Of a stretch of DNA of 64,000 nucleotides, positions 1 to 17,917 are shown piece by piece. Origin of the DNA: the human T2T-CHM13v2.0 reference genome, Homo sapiens; the NCBI RefSeq assembly GCF_009914755.1, contig NC_060927.1. The stretch is one strand, 5' to 3'. A model generated the notes under the pieces. The model did no database searches. It was not told the DNA's origin and saw only the letters and a list, made by a program, of their open reading frames with translations. Each line of letters starts with the position of its first letter. Positions within the stretch are counted from its first letter, which is position 1. Made by a program: the position numbers and the translations under genes.

Positions 1-1031
<1,031 letters not shown>

Positions 1032-2879
1032 TATATCTCAGGTTTAAAAAGAAAAAATAAAATGCTTAAAAGGAAACTTTTCTCCAAGGAGGACAAGCCA
1101 AAGCCTCAACATATTTTTAAATTTTTTTTCTTAGAAAATTAGAAAGTGGTTCATTTGTTTTTTTTTTTAAAGAACAGAACACATTATACTTTGTTAAATA
1201 AATACCACAACTTTTCAACATTTATTTAATTCCACATGAAGCCAGGAAGAAAAGAGTAGAAAGAAGTTAAAACAGGGAGGAGGAAGGAGACTCAGAGGGA
1301 AAATTGGGGTGGGCAGTGACCTCCAGGCAGGGAGAGCCTCGCAGAGGCCAGGGAGGAGCATGGGACAGAGGAGTGGAACAGGGATGGGGAAAGGATGGGA
1401 CAGGAACAAAGAACAGAGGCTGGCAGAGAGAGCTCTTGGATTCTGGGGGGGAAACGCCTAGGAAGTTCTGTACTCACAACCCAGAGAAATGAGGAAGTAA
1501 TGTAAATCTTTACTGCGTCTCTTGGGAAAATGCTGAAGAGGGGGCCCATTCACAGCACAGCAAAATTGTTTAAAAATCCCCCCTCTCTCCCGTGTGCATC
1601 GCAACAGATGCTTACAGGATTTCTTCCTGTGCAGTGTCTTGTCTCCCTCATTATCTTACCCTCTTCCCTCAAGTATCATTATTCTTTGCCCACCGGCAGC
1701 TCTTGGTCCTTTTTATTACCTCAAACAAGATGATGAACATATCCATCACGCCCAAATGTTTCCTCCGGCTCCTTTGTCATTCCTCCCTCCTGCCTCTTCC
1801 CTGCTTTCTCTTCCTACAAGTTAGTTTGCATTTTCTACAGTTTTACATAAATGGAATCCTACCCTATGTAGTCTTTCATAGTCTGGCTTCTATCACCCAG
1901 CCGAGTGTCTTTGAGCTGCACTCACAGGCTTTATCACTCCTTGTTGTTGCCGAGTATATTATATTGTGTGTACACACCACTAGACTTTACTTTGAAGGTC
2001 AGGAATGCAGGATCCAGAGAGGGGACGAAATCTGACCAAGTCAAGACCTTAACAAAATCCAGAATGGAGATGGGGGAGTGCCTGTTTCCCTAAAACACAA
2101 ATGCCATTTGCACTATGAAAGAATGTGGCCACCACAACCACGTAAATGACCAAATACAACTGTGCTTCTTTCAATCTCTGTCTCCAGGTCTGATCAGGTC
2201 CCAGGCACACAGGGAACTGAGGCAGCTTAGCAGTGTTATGACTTCTGGGGGTGACTTCGAGAAATGTTTGACTTCTGGCCTTTTCTGCATTAAACCCTTC
2301 AAGAGGTTAGGACATGAGGAAAACATGCCATGTTATTTATAAGTGTAAAATATCTGTTAGTAGGAAATAAATAAAACAAAGGACTGTATAATATTTTATG
2401 AACTGTAAAGCATAAATCAAAGGCAAGATTTTCTTTTCCCTCAGAAACCTCTTCAAGTTGTATTTTGTGCTCAGATTAAAATTTAACATTTAAGATAACT
2501 GATCTAGGAAAAACAAAACAAAACAAGGGAGTTAGAGGGCCATAAGTGAAATGATTCTAAGAAGCTATGATATTATGTCATCAGCAGCAACTATGTGTAC
2601 CTCTGTAGGAGGAGACTCAGAGTTCTATGGGCCCAGGATGAATCCCACAGAATGAGCTCTGTGACTCTGACCTCCAGCGTCAGTCCTTCCCATGCCTAAA
2701 TCGACAATAGAAGCTTTCTTTCTGTCTATAACTACTCAGCTATTTTGATCAAGCTTCTACCCTGTCCAGAATCCTAGGGTGTCCCCAATCTGATAGGACC
2801 CCTGGGACAATAGTTTAAAGAATTCTGAGACTTTGAGACTTAACAATAGCCACTGCAACACTACCCTCCAGGGCTATTT

Positions 2880-3489
<610 letters not shown>

Positions 3490-4141
3490 TAGAGCTGGAT
3501 GATTACACAGAGATTGAGTCCTTTCCCATTACTGAGTAACAACGATGGAGAATTCCTACATCTTCCAACTCAGCCCAAGATGAGAAATCCAGGAAAGCTA
3601 ACACTTCACAGTGATTGGGACCATGACCTCTTTCCTTGGGTTGTTTTAACATTGCCTCCCACTTAAACAAAGCCATGGACAATAGGTTCTAAGGCCTTTG
3701 TACCAAAGCCAGAATAAATTTATGGCAGAGGCTCTGTCTCAGAATGTGTTTTCCCACCTTTGAGACAAATGGAGCCTGAAGTGCTGCAGCTGAGAGCTAT
3801 GGTACTGGGAGGTCCCTATCTGAGAACGGGCTGGAACAGGTTGGTTACCCTGTACTGCCCCTTTTGTGGAGTGTTCTTTATCAAGGTCCTTAGAGTCCAA
3901 GGCTTTTGTGCTTGAGTCCTCCTTGTGAGTGTTCCGAGTTCTTAAGTCCACTTGTGCCCTGCACAGCACAGCAGCCATGCACTGTGGTACAGACTTGAAA
4001 TGCAGAACACCCTGAGGGCCAAGCACAGCTCCCAGACTGCTAACTCACAACCCAGACACTGTTAGATCCTACTGCCTTTGTGCTGCAAAGATATTCCTAC
4101 ATGCACAGAAAAGACATCCCATGGAAGCAAAATTACTCTCA

Positions 4142-4543
<402 letters not shown>

Positions 4544-6237
4544 CTACCTCAAGTGCCCATTGGATGGGAAGAGGCAAGCTGTGTTTTCACCAAGAAAATC
4601 AGATTATACATTTATATTATAGATAAGTTACAAGTAGAAATAATATTGGTCATTGTGGAATGCTTCTTATATGCCAGGGTCTGTGCCAAATATTTGTAAG
4701 TATTATTTCAGTCCTAGCTACAAGATTAGTATCACTATTGTCCTTTTACACACACGGAAACTAAGAAACAGAACCCTTGTATATTTTGCCCAAGGTTACA
4801 AAAGCAGTTTGGTATCCGAATCTGCACTCTCAACCATAGACTGTGTGGTGGCAGGTTACCGAACAGTGAGGTGTGGTGGGGAAAGAGTCAACCGTCATTG
4901 TTCACAACAGGGATTTTGAGAGAGAGAGAGATAGAGAGGGAGACTTTAAGTATCATTGGAACTGTTTTCATTTATCTATCTATTTGCATGAGCATGGGAA
5001 ACAAAATCTCACCAAGAACCCTATTTTATAAAACAGATCAAATCATAGCTCTTCTGGTTGAAGACAGGCAGAGGCTCTGGACCCCTGCCCACACCCACAG
5101 CACCCCCCATCACACCCTACTCCCACGCTGTGCTCACTCCTAGGAAGTGGTTCCACCTCTATGGTCTCTGGCCTCAATGTTTCCAATTCCAAGTCCATTC
5201 CCTGAGGGGCAAACCATGGATGTATGCTGGAGGGGAATGCTCTGGGAATGCACAGCCTTTGAGAGGCAGCAGAATAAGTATGGTGAACTTTATTGAGCAC
5301 TTAAAATTACAGTTACTTGAAGGCCACAAGGGAAAGGAATGCTTAGAGCACGTCATAATAGGGAATTCAGGTAGAATGTTGAGTCTGAATGCCTTGCGTC
5401 TACCCACATAAAGATCCAGTCCAGCTTAGAATTGTGTGTAGGCATGAGTATATGTAATAAGCATTAATGAATTAGCATTGATGTAATCTACAGCATTAAT
5501 GGATTGAGTATGTGTTGGAAGTGTGAGCACAATAATAGCCCAAGTGTTAATTCACGGAGGTCCCACATCACTGTGGCAGCCTCGAGAAGCCACTGAAGAC
5601 CTCAGAGCCTTCAGTGGGTTGTTTGATGGGTTAGGTTGTTCTATCCCAAACCACCATTCACAACCCTCTCACAGAGGGGAACTCAAGTGCATCTGTCCAG
5701 GGACCAAAGTGGCAAGTGATCTGCTGCTCTCTCTGTACCATCCAGAAGGCCTGTATCTGCCCCTGTTGGTCACTGAGCTGGCTGGTTCTCTCAAAGTCAG
5801 CCGCCCGGAGAGAACAGCACAGCCAGACCCTTCTACCAGGGCACTGAACCTCTGGAGAGGCAGGAACTCAGGAGGCCCTGTCGGTCCCTTTTATGTTGTC
5901 CATTAAATCAATGACTGGTTTCAATCCATGGTTGGGGGTGGGGGGATGGAGGTGGGGGGGCCGTTCTTACCTTTAAAAAAAAAACACTTTATCACTTTAA
6001 CCTTTAAATCACCTTCGACATTCTGGCAGATTTTCTTCCAGTCTTTTTTCCTTCGAATTTTTTTAAATCTAAACTGAATTTACAATGTATATTCAATTTG
6101 TTGAAGATTTTTTCTTCTAAAAAAATGGAATTGTAAGCATCTTCCAATGTATTAATTATTTTTTACAAGCAACAAGTAATCATGAGTGACTTAAGTAAAT
6201 TTGCCTGTGCCTTGATGTCCTCATGTTTAGAATAAAG

Positions 6238-6422
6238 CAGTGGCTCTCTAATTTTTGCATGCATCAGAGTCACCCAGAGGGTTGTTAAAAGGCACAGATT
6301 GCTGGGCCCCACCCCAAAATTTCTGAGTTAATAGGTTGGGAGTGGGGCCTGAAGATTTGCATTTCCAACTTCCCAGGAGATGCTGATGCTGCTGGTCAGA
6401 AGACCATACTTGGAGAACAATG
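6238..6422. mobile_element. MER5A DNA transposon
   Basis: cagtggctctc...catcagagtcacc...tgctgatgctgctggtc...ttggagaacaatg. Confidence 0.8.
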
Positions 6423-6521
6423 AAATGAAGAGACCGAGTTGTGGAATGTCCAAGCTCACCACTGGTCTCAAAATCTAAGTTTTTGAATATTTTTTTAAAT
6501 TCTTTAAAAAAAACAATTCTT

Positions 6522-6839
<318 letters not shown>

Positions 6840-7026
6840 CTATGATTTTTTTTTAATATGAAAGGAACATCACCTACCACTTACAAGAAATTGTTTCCAC
6901 TTGTAAGTCATATGAGTTCCATACTTACATCTCTTTGAAGGTACCTGGATTTTTAAAAGGATATCTTTAAAAGACAGGCAGACTTACATCTAATACTTAA
7001 TTGTTTTTTTCTTTTCTTTTACATAG

Positions 7027-7129
7027 TTCCATACGTTTTGAAGAGCTGTGCAGAATTTATAGAGACTCACGGCATCGTGGATGGAATCTATCGGCTTTCA
7101 GGAGTCACCTCAAACATACAACGGCTAAG
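7027..7129 (+). CDS. ARHGAP31: ARHGAP31 coding exon 2 (RhoGAP domain start; arginine finger in GIYRLSG)
   Basis: Pyrimidine tract + catag acceptor and AG|gtaag donor; 103 nt encoding (V)PYVLKSCAEFIETHGIVDGIYRLSGVTSNIQRL(R). Confidence 0.97.
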
Positions 7130-8530
7130 GTAAGCTAAAAGAATAGCCCTAAAAGAATTCTCCCATGATTCCTCCTGTGTCCATGCCTCTGTCCATCGGT
7201 GTCCAGAGTATTAAAAACCCAAAGGAACTGAGGGAAGTGTGGCAGCACCGAAGATCAGATGCAGTGGTTTTCAGATGCCTGACTGTTCTTAATCTAATCA
7301 GGAAACCCTCCAGCCTGATGTAATTCTTTCCAACAAAAGCTCCTAAGGCTTTCATTCTGTTTCTTTGTCTTGCACTAGATATATTCTTCTTTGGTGAATT
7401 TGATTTAACTCAAATGATTTAAATTACAAGTTAAGGAAAACGTGATTTATTATCATTTGCTGGCCTGCCCAAAGCTCAGTTAGACTAGGTTCCTGTTACT
7501 TAGTGTTCAGAGATCCATGTCAGTTTTTCTGCTGGCACACCCTCAAATTTGATGTTTTGTCTGGTTGAGAAATCAGAAGCCTATATGATTGTGCATGTCT
7601 CTAATTGATGCTAGGATTTTAAAAATTACTGATGGGTGAAAAAAATAAAAAATAATAAAAATAAAAAATAAATTACTGATGGGTGAACTATTTCCAATTC
7701 TATGTATTTATCCTAAATATTTGGAAGAAATTTCTATCACATTAAATAAAGAGGGCAAAACATTTTATACAAAACACAGGTACGTGTGTGTTTTATATAT
7801 ATACAGAGAGTATATAGAAAACAGAGTATATATGTATAATTTTACATAACTTAAACAATAGATTTACATATTTTGCATATTGTTCCTTAACACCAAAAGG
7901 AACATAATTTAATGTTATTTTAATTATAACATTTTATTATTACCTATATTTATTATATGTTCTTTAGTTATAAATGTAGGCTTTTAAAACAAAAAAAATT
8001 CTTATTACAAGGCTAATATGTAAAATTTAATAAGTTGTGCAGGTAATTCAGTTTTCATATTCTTTCTCCTGTTTGGTTTCTGCCCTTTTCCTCCAGATTT
8101 GGATTGTAATTAAATTATACCAAAAAAATAGAGCATCTTTTTTTTTTCCTAGAGAAGTCATAGCTGTTAAAAAAAATAATTGGTTTATTGCAGCCATAGA
8201 TTTTAATGAATCTATGTGTTTACATAATTTCACTAATTTACTAGTACTCCATTTATTAGAGTTTCAATGGCAAATACTTCTTAGTGGTTGGAAATATACC
8301 ACACAGTACCTACCACACAGTAGGTAGCATCCCGGAAGGACACTTCAGTAGTAATGAATTATTTTTTATTTCAGCACTGACCTTATCCTTGACAAGAGAA
8401 ATCTTTGGCTAAATAAATGAATAAGCTCTAGATTGCTCTTGTTCTGCTCTCTTAAAAACATTCTCTTTTTAAAAGAGAACTATGCCAAGAGAACATAGCA
8501 TGGCATAGTTCTCTTTTAAAACATAGCATG

Positions 8531-8817
<287 letters not shown>

Positions 8818-9287
8818 TAGCATGGCATAGATCTCTTTTCAAAGCCCCACTCAGTTTCTTTCAGGTTCTGAAAGTATCAGGGATTTCCCTACCCTTCATT
8901 AAGGGGGTAGGCCCAGAAAACAGGAGAATGGGCAGCGAGCTGTTTCAAAAATGCTGGTTCTGAGAGTACTGTTGACTTTGTCACCAGTTGGATGACTAAG
9001 TGAATACTCTCAAAAAGCTTAACTTCTCTTCTATATTAAAGCTCCAATTTATCATTTTTAAGCAGATTTTAATTTATAAGTATTAATACATACTATTTGA
9101 GGCAGTATATTCATGTAACCTTTTTAGGAAATGTTTTCTAAATGTTTTTCAGGCCTGGAATTGGATGATGTCCAAGACATCCCACTATAGATTGTTTAAG
9201 AAGATATTTATGAATTCATCTGTCCTGTAGGAGTCACCATCAGGCAGCCTAGAAGGTTCTGTTGAGCACCAAAAAGATAGTCGATTA

Positions 9288-9596
<309 letters not shown>

Positions 9597-10082
9597 TCAA
9601 TTAAAGTTCTCAAGCTTTGGGTTTGAGTCTTCAGATAAAACAAGTTTGTTGACACAGATATATGGAGATGAGCGACAACAACCTGACCTACCCTAGTTTC
9701 GGTCTCTCCTGTAAGAAAGGGAAATTCATTTTGAACAATATTTTGGAAAAACTGAAATCTCAATAGGACTTTTTGGCAAATTATGTTGATATTTCCCCAA
9801 TGTTCATAACCAAGACTGCAGACCTGATGCCACGGGTAATCCATTTGTAAATGAGCATTATGTCCTTCTAATCACAGCAGATTTTGCAAGAAGATCCAGA
9901 CCTGAAGTGGAAGTCTTCCTGTGACTTCCTAGGGCCTGGAGTAGAAGATCTTTTTGAATTAAGGTCAAAAATATAGTCAGAATCAGCAGTTTAGGGTCTT
10001 TTTACCCCTAAGCAGCCAAGCAGCTGCTGACATGGAACACACACTCCCTGGGATTGTTATGTCTCCGTCTGTGTTGTTTCAG

Positions 10083-10227
10083 GCAAGAGTTTGGCTCAGA
10101 TCAATGTCCAGATCTGACAAGGGAAGTGTACCTCCAGGACATCCACTGTGTGGGCTCGCTTTGCAAGCTCTACTTTAGGGAGCTGCCCAACCCCCTCCTG
10201 ACTTATGAGCTCTATGAGAAATTCACG
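10083..10227 (+). CDS. ARHGAP31: ARHGAP31 exon 3 (RhoGAP domain)
   Basis: tttcag|G acceptor and ACG|gtgagt donor; 145 nt encoding QEFGSDQCPDLTREVYLQDIHCVGSLCKLYFRELPNPLLTYELYEKFT (KxFRELPxPLL RhoGAP motif). Confidence 0.97.
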
Positions 10228-13200
10228 GTGAGTGTTTGGATTTCCATTATGGTTACTGGGTGGGATGCATGGATGGGCCAAGAAGAGTTTCAGCACTAAA
10301 ATAACAATAATAACACTCACCAGATGGTTGACATTATCTTAGCGTGGTGAGGGAAGTAGGATAATATGGTAAGGAAAATAGGGTGGTGGAATTGTTTGCT
10401 AAATTTTTCTTTCTTGAATTTTCAGAATCATGTTGTTTGTTTTAAGAGCTGGGTTGAATTATCTCCATGTTTATTCAACTGAATGTGCCTTATTGTATAG
10501 GGAGGAAACTGAGAACCCCAGAAGTAAAGTGTCTGGCCCAAGGTCACACAGCAGAGGCAGGACAGGAACCTGAGACTCCTCATGCTACACCCACTGCTAG
10601 CCTTTTTATCAGACCATTCCCTCTGTGTTTCTTTTGTAGGTTGGGTAAAGAGGTGGGTGGGTAGAGAGGGGAGAGGGAACAAACAAATGTCAAGAGGTGT
10701 CAGAAAGCTGGGAAGAGAAAAGAATATGAGAAAAACAGCCAAGAGGGAGAGCAGGATAGGCAGTGAGTTGGACTGGTGGAGAGGATGGATGGGCATTAGC
10801 AAAACACCTAAGTAGCAGCTGTATGGTCACCAAATAGGGCACACCCATAGGAAAGTAGAAAGAAGAATAAATGCTTAAAGGGTGACTGTAGAGATAGCGT
10901 GAAAAACATGGCTTGAACATTTGGCTGCATGGGAGAAGGTGTAGAGTAGGCAGAGGGCTGGGTTTAACCAAGGTTGGGGTTCAGTTGGCAAAGAGGGATG
11001 AGGGAGATGAGAGCGTGTGCTGGGGGCATTGAAACAATTTACCATGGAATGTAGTGTAGATACGAAAAGAAGTGAGGGCACAAGGTAGTTGAGTAACAGT
11101 GTAAAAGTAGATCATCCCAGTGAAGTCAGTGGACTGTATGGTAGTTAGAGAGGGATGTTTGAAAGTGAGACTATGGCGAGGTTACAGTTTTGGGTAAGGA
11201 CCAGATCTAGTCACTAACAGTGGGAGGGAACCTTTCTCATGGCTCCTGTAATAAATTTGTTTTGAGTATATGAAAGGTTCTTCAATTTGAAATGATACAG
11301 GAATAAATGAATGCTATTTCTTAAAAATGGGCTTGGGCTGTAAAAATATGTTTAGGAGTTTTCAGTGGTACAGGGAAATACTCAAATGCTAATTGAAGAA
11401 AAACTAAATGCACAACTGTATATTAAGAAAGGAATAAAAGGAAAGATGTTCAAAAGACTAAAAGACTAACAACTGTTCATTTCAGTGATGGGATTTCAGA
11501 CAGTTTTTCTTGTTTCTTTAACTTTCATAAGTTTGCCCACTAAAAATATATTAGCTTTTAGCAAGCAACAACAACAACAACAAAACCATCTTCTGGTTAT
11601 ATATACTTAAAGAATTTAAAAAAGGAAAAACAAAATCAAGAAATAGGGGGAGAAATGAAGATTTAAAAAAAAAAGAAAAGAAAGAAAAAAATAGTCCAAA
11701 GCACATTAAAAAATGGGCATAAATGTTGACCTCTAGAGAAGTCAACATGTACCAGCTGGCATAGAGTTGTCATTGGTTATGGGGCCCTTCTCCTTTAGAT
11801 CTAAGGCAGAAGGTAAAGAAGCCTCCTATCTGCATGGGTAAGTTGTAAATAATGGTATCCCCTACCCATGGAACCACAGAAGTGTCTTTCCTAGGAACCA
11901 AGAAGAAAGGTGTGAGCTTCATGTGGGTCTGTCAGATTATAATCACTTTCACCATATGTAAGTATTTGGTTAAGAGTAATCCTATTTAATAAAAGACATT
12001 ATGAAAAATGAAGGAAAGTAGAAAGGAACCATTGATCTGTCTCCTTAAAGACCAAAGACAACTACAGTTAACATGTTGTGGGTATTCTTTCCATAGTGTT
12101 TTTGTTGTGGTTTGTGTTTTGTTTTCCAAAATCAAAATAAAATTTTATTGCAAAAATTAAAGTAATACAGAAATGTATAAAGGAGAAAGTATAAATCTCA
12201 AATCACCTGAAATTCCACACTCCAGGCATATTTGCTGTTAACAGATCGAACAGATATTAACTATATCTGTAGTAATAGATGTTAACAGATCTCAACACAC
12301 ACACACTCACACACACTCACTTGTCAGTACTACATATTGCTGTTTGGGGGATGCTTTTAATTCAACAGTGTGATCATCTTTGTGTGTTAAGAAATACGGG
12401 AAGACACTGTGTTTACAGCATTCTCTCTATGTGCCATGATTTCTGAAACCAAGCTCCCACTGATGGATATTTAGCTTTTTCATTTCTCAAGACGTTCCTT
12501 TTATAAACATTATAATACACATTTTTTCACCTATATTTTTACACTATTTTTTGTTTGTTTATATCCTTAGAGAAAAATCATGGAAGTAGATTTGCTGAGT
12601 AGAAAGTTCTTGTTTAAAATTTTGTCACAAATTACCAGTCTGTCCTCCAGAAAGACAAGGAATGCTCTTTTCCCTGCAGACTTTCCAACCCTGGGTATTT
12701 CCAATTGGTTAAATTATTTGTTGACCTGAATCAACAAAAAATAATACCTTATTGTTGCTTTAATTTGTGTGTAAGACTTTATTGTTTTCAATATAGTTGT
12801 AATCCTCTTATCAGTACCATATTATCATCTTTGAATATGATAGAATGGAATATCATTATGTTAATGAACTGAATCAGTCTTATTTCTTTTAACTAATATC
12901 TCATTCTATTATAGTTGGGGGTAGATAGGAATTCTTTGTCTGGAAACTTTAGAAATACAATTTCTCCTTAGCCCTTGTCTACAGGCTCAGAATGAAACCT
13001 GTATTTATCTCTCCCCTCTCCTGTTCCCTGTTATTGCTAATCATTGTGTTTTCTCACAGCAACTGAAAAATACCAAGGCAGCTTGTCAACCTGTCTTCAG
13101 ATTTGAAGGAAATCTGACATTGTATTTAAACAGTTTATTTGACACTAAAAAACAGGGATGTTTTGTTATGACAACTAACTCTATATACATAGGATCTAGT

Positions 13201-13362
13201 GAAGTTAACTATGTTGGAGAATGTATCATTTAATAGATTTCTTTGATCACAGATAATATAAGTAAACCTTCACGGGTATGGAAATAGCTCTGTTACATTG
13301 TCACACATTCTCCCTATAGTTTACTCAAACCTACTTGCACAGCTAAAGTAGAATAATACCTT

Positions 13363-14351
<989 letters not shown>

Positions 14352-14374
14352 TAAGAAAAAATATTAATGGACTA

Positions 14375-14600
14375 ATAATACTAATAATGATAATAGCTGT
14401 CAATAATTGAGTGCTTACTATATGATAAACTCATTATAAATATTATTTCATTTAATTCTCAAAATAACCCTATGAGGTAGGTTTTATTGTCTCTGTTATA
14501 CAGATCATTAAAATGAGGCTCAGGGTGACTCTTGCCTGGGGTGGTACAGCTAGTAGGTGGAGGTAAAGATGTAGTTCTGTCTCATAACTCCCACACTACT
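14375..14600 (-). mobile_element. MIR
   Basis: tgagtgcttactatatg...tcatttaattctc...aaccctatgaggtagg...tgaggctcag. Confidence 0.7.
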
Positions 14601-15138
14601 TGAAAGTAGAGTTAACAACACTTAATTAAGGCTCAGGTATTAAATAACTTAATATGAAATAAAGTAATGAAGGAACAATGCCATAAACAGTGCTAGGAAA
14701 ATTCGCTATCTATTGCAAAATGAGGAAATCAAGTTTCATCTTTACCATTTAGCAGATTTCAGGGTGGAGAAGGGTTTCCTAACCATAAAAGCAAAGGAAA
14801 AAAGTCACAAAAAACAAACTTAAAAATGGAACTACATATAAACTATTTTTCTTTATAAAAATATATTAACACAATTAAAAGGCAAATGACTAAATATAGG
14901 AACTATTTACAATAAAGATGACAGGGGATTAATGTTCTTTAATTATAAGGAAGCTATCAATAAAAAGAAGTAAAACATATAATACCTCAATAAACAAGTA
15001 AGCGAAGGACCTTGATAGATAATTCCTAAAAAAAGAAATTGAATTATTTAAAAAGTATCAATATATTAGAATAATATAGTTGCACATTAAATAAATAATT
15101 TTTAATGTTATCATTTCACACTGGCAAGCCCATGGTGA

Positions 15139-15473
<335 letters not shown>

Positions 15474-15804
15474 TGAGACTGGCTTTTTTATAGTTTTCTG
15501 TTGGAAGTATAAATTGGTTGGACGTCCCCGAAAGTCATATGAAATTACTATCAAGAATACTCAAATGCTCATATTCTTTAATCCAGTAACTCTATTTCTA
15601 GGACTCCATTCTAGGGTGACAATCAGATGTGCACACAAATAATTGATGTACAAGTATGTCCATTGCAATATTATATACAATATCAACATTTTGGAGAGTA
15701 CATGTCTAACAGTGAGAGATGATTTAAATAAATGATAAATCTATTGTTGTTAAAACTGTGTGGCCATGAAAAGTCACAGTTTTGAAAAATGTTTACTGAC
15801 CATA

Positions 15805-16614
15805 TGATATGGTTTGGAGGCTTGTCCCCTCTAAATCTCATGTTAAAGTGTAATCTCTAATGTTGGAGGTAGGGTCCTAGTGGGAGGTGACTGGATCATG
15901 GGGGTTGATCCCTCATGAGTGGCATGAATGGCTTAGCATCATCCACTTGGAGATGAATGAGTTCTCGCTTAGTTCATGTGAGATCTGCTTAGAGTTTGGG
16001 ACCTCCCACTTTGCTCTCTCGTGCTCACTCTCTCACCACGTAGCATCACCTGTTCTCCCTTCGCCTTCCACCATGACTGTTAGCTTCCTGAGGCCCTCAC
16101 CAGAAGCGGATACTGGAACCATGCTTGGACAGCCTGCAGAACCATGAACCAATTCAACCTCTTTTCTATATAAATTACCCAATCTTAGGTATTCAGTATG
16201 GTTTGGCTCTGTCCCCACCCAAACCTCATCTCGAATTGTAATCTCCACATGTTGAGGGAGGGACCTGGTGGGAGTGATTGGATCGTGGGGGCAGTTTTCC
16301 CTCATGCTGTTCTCATGATAGTGAATGAGTTCTCACAAGATCTGATGGTTCAAAAGTGTGTGGCGGTTCCCCCTTAGCTCTCTCTCTCTCACTCCTGCTC
16401 CGCTGTGGTAAGGCAAGCTTGCTTCCCCTTCACCTTCTGCCATGATTATGTTTCCCAAGGCCTCCTAGCCATGCTTTCTGTTAAGCCTGTGGAACTGTGA
16501 GTCAATTAAACCTCTTTTCTTCAGAAATTGCCCAGTCTCAGGTAGTTCTTATGGCAATGTGAAAAAGGGCTAATACAGTATTCATTTATAGTGACACAAA
16601 AACAGACAAACACA
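15805..16614 (+). mobile_element. MST-type MaLR solo LTR, split by a THE1 LTR
   Basis: Starts tgatatggtttgg and ends ...acaca; 5-bp TSD CCATA at 15800-15804 and 16615-16619. Confidence 0.85.
16194..16577 (+). mobile_element. THE1 (THE1D-like) solo LTR nested in MST
   Basis: tatggtttggctctgtccccacccaaa...gggctaataca; TSD GTATT at 16189-16193 and 16578-16582. Confidence 0.88.
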
Positions 16615-16841
16615 CCATAATATAAAGTTAAATGGGGAAAAAAGCAGTATCTGTAACTAAACAGGAAATAAAGCCAGTGTTCATGTTTGGTGCTTGGAGG
16701 CCCTGATCAAACTGCTTTTTTTTTTGTTTTGCTTTTTGTTTTTCTTCACCTATAAGTAGGTTAGTAGTGGTTATTTCTGGGTGATGTGATAATAGGGGAT
16801 TTTTTATTTTCTGCAGATTTCCTACTTTAATTGTGAGTACA

Positions 16842-17319
16842 TGTATTAGTTTCCTGTTGCTGCTGTAACTAATTGCCATAAACTAGATGACTTAAACAAC
16901 AGAAACCTATTGCCTCACAGGTCTGGAGGCCAGAAGTCTGAAATCGGCTTCACTGGGCTGAAGTTAAGGTTTCAGCAGGGCGTGCTCTCTCCAGAGGCTC
17001 TAGAGGAAAAGCCGTTCCTTGCTCCTCCCAGCTTCTGATGGCTGCTGACGTTCCTTGGATTGTTGGTGCCTCACTCCTGTCTCTGCCTCCAGGGCCACAT
17101 TGCCTTTTCTTCTTCTGTCTGTGTCAGATCTCCCTTTGCCCTGCTCCTATATAGATACCCATGACTGCATTTAGGACGCACCCAGATAATCGAGGATAAT
17201 GTCCCCACTCGACATCCTTAATTTAACCACATCTGCAAAGACTCGTTTCCAAATAAGGTAACACAGGTTCCAGTGATTAGGATTTGATATCGTCGGGAGC
17301 AATTATTCAACCTACTGTA
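16842..17319 (-). mobile_element. MLT1 (C/D-like) MaLR LTR
   Basis: tgtattagtttcctg...ctggaggccagaagtctgaaatc...cacatctgcaaagac...ccaaataaggtaaca. Confidence 0.8.
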
Positions 17320-17549
17320 TTTCATTTTTATCAGAAAATAACAACAACATTTATTTTAGGAAAAATTCAATTTTGTTCAGATCGGTCCAGCTAAAACTAT
17401 TACACCCAAAACAGGAAAATTTTGCTGACTTGAGATTTTTAGAGAAGGCCATTTAGAGGTGTTAAATTATGTATTTGCCTTTTTTCTTTTTTTAATTAAA
17501 CTTGTCACCTGTCAGAATGTATATTTAGTTTATACTGAAATAGTATCTT

Positions 17550-17727
17550 TTTAAATTTTTTGAAATTTATTTATTTTTACAGATGCACTCTTACTCTGTT
17601 CCTCAAGTCTGGAGTGCAGTGGTGTAATCATAACTCACTGTAACTTCAAACTCCACGGCTCCAGCAACCCTTCTGCTTCAGCCCCTGGAGTAGCTAGAGC
17701 TACAGGCGTATGCATCAAGCCCTGCCC
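17550..17727 (-). mobile_element. Degenerate Alu monomer (FRAM/AluJ-like)
   Basis: ctggagtgcagtggtgtaatcata...gagtagctagagctacaggcg. Confidence 0.7.
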
Positions 17728-17917
17728 CAAATAATGTCTTGACGCGTCAGTCTCCCTTGGTTAAATTGTAAGCTTCCCGAGGACAGGAACTGTGTTTATT
17801 TTATTTATTGTTGTGTTTCCCTGCTTGCTAGCTTCTGGAAAATGTTGTAATTGTTACTTAGGAAATATTTACTGACAGATTTGTTGACTAGCAACTATCA
17901 TTTGAAATGTCCCTTAG

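Noticed and set aside
5933-5960. G-run cluster with G-quadruplex potential
   Set aside because: Only three long G-tracts plus GG dinucleotides; common in introns and without context suggesting function.
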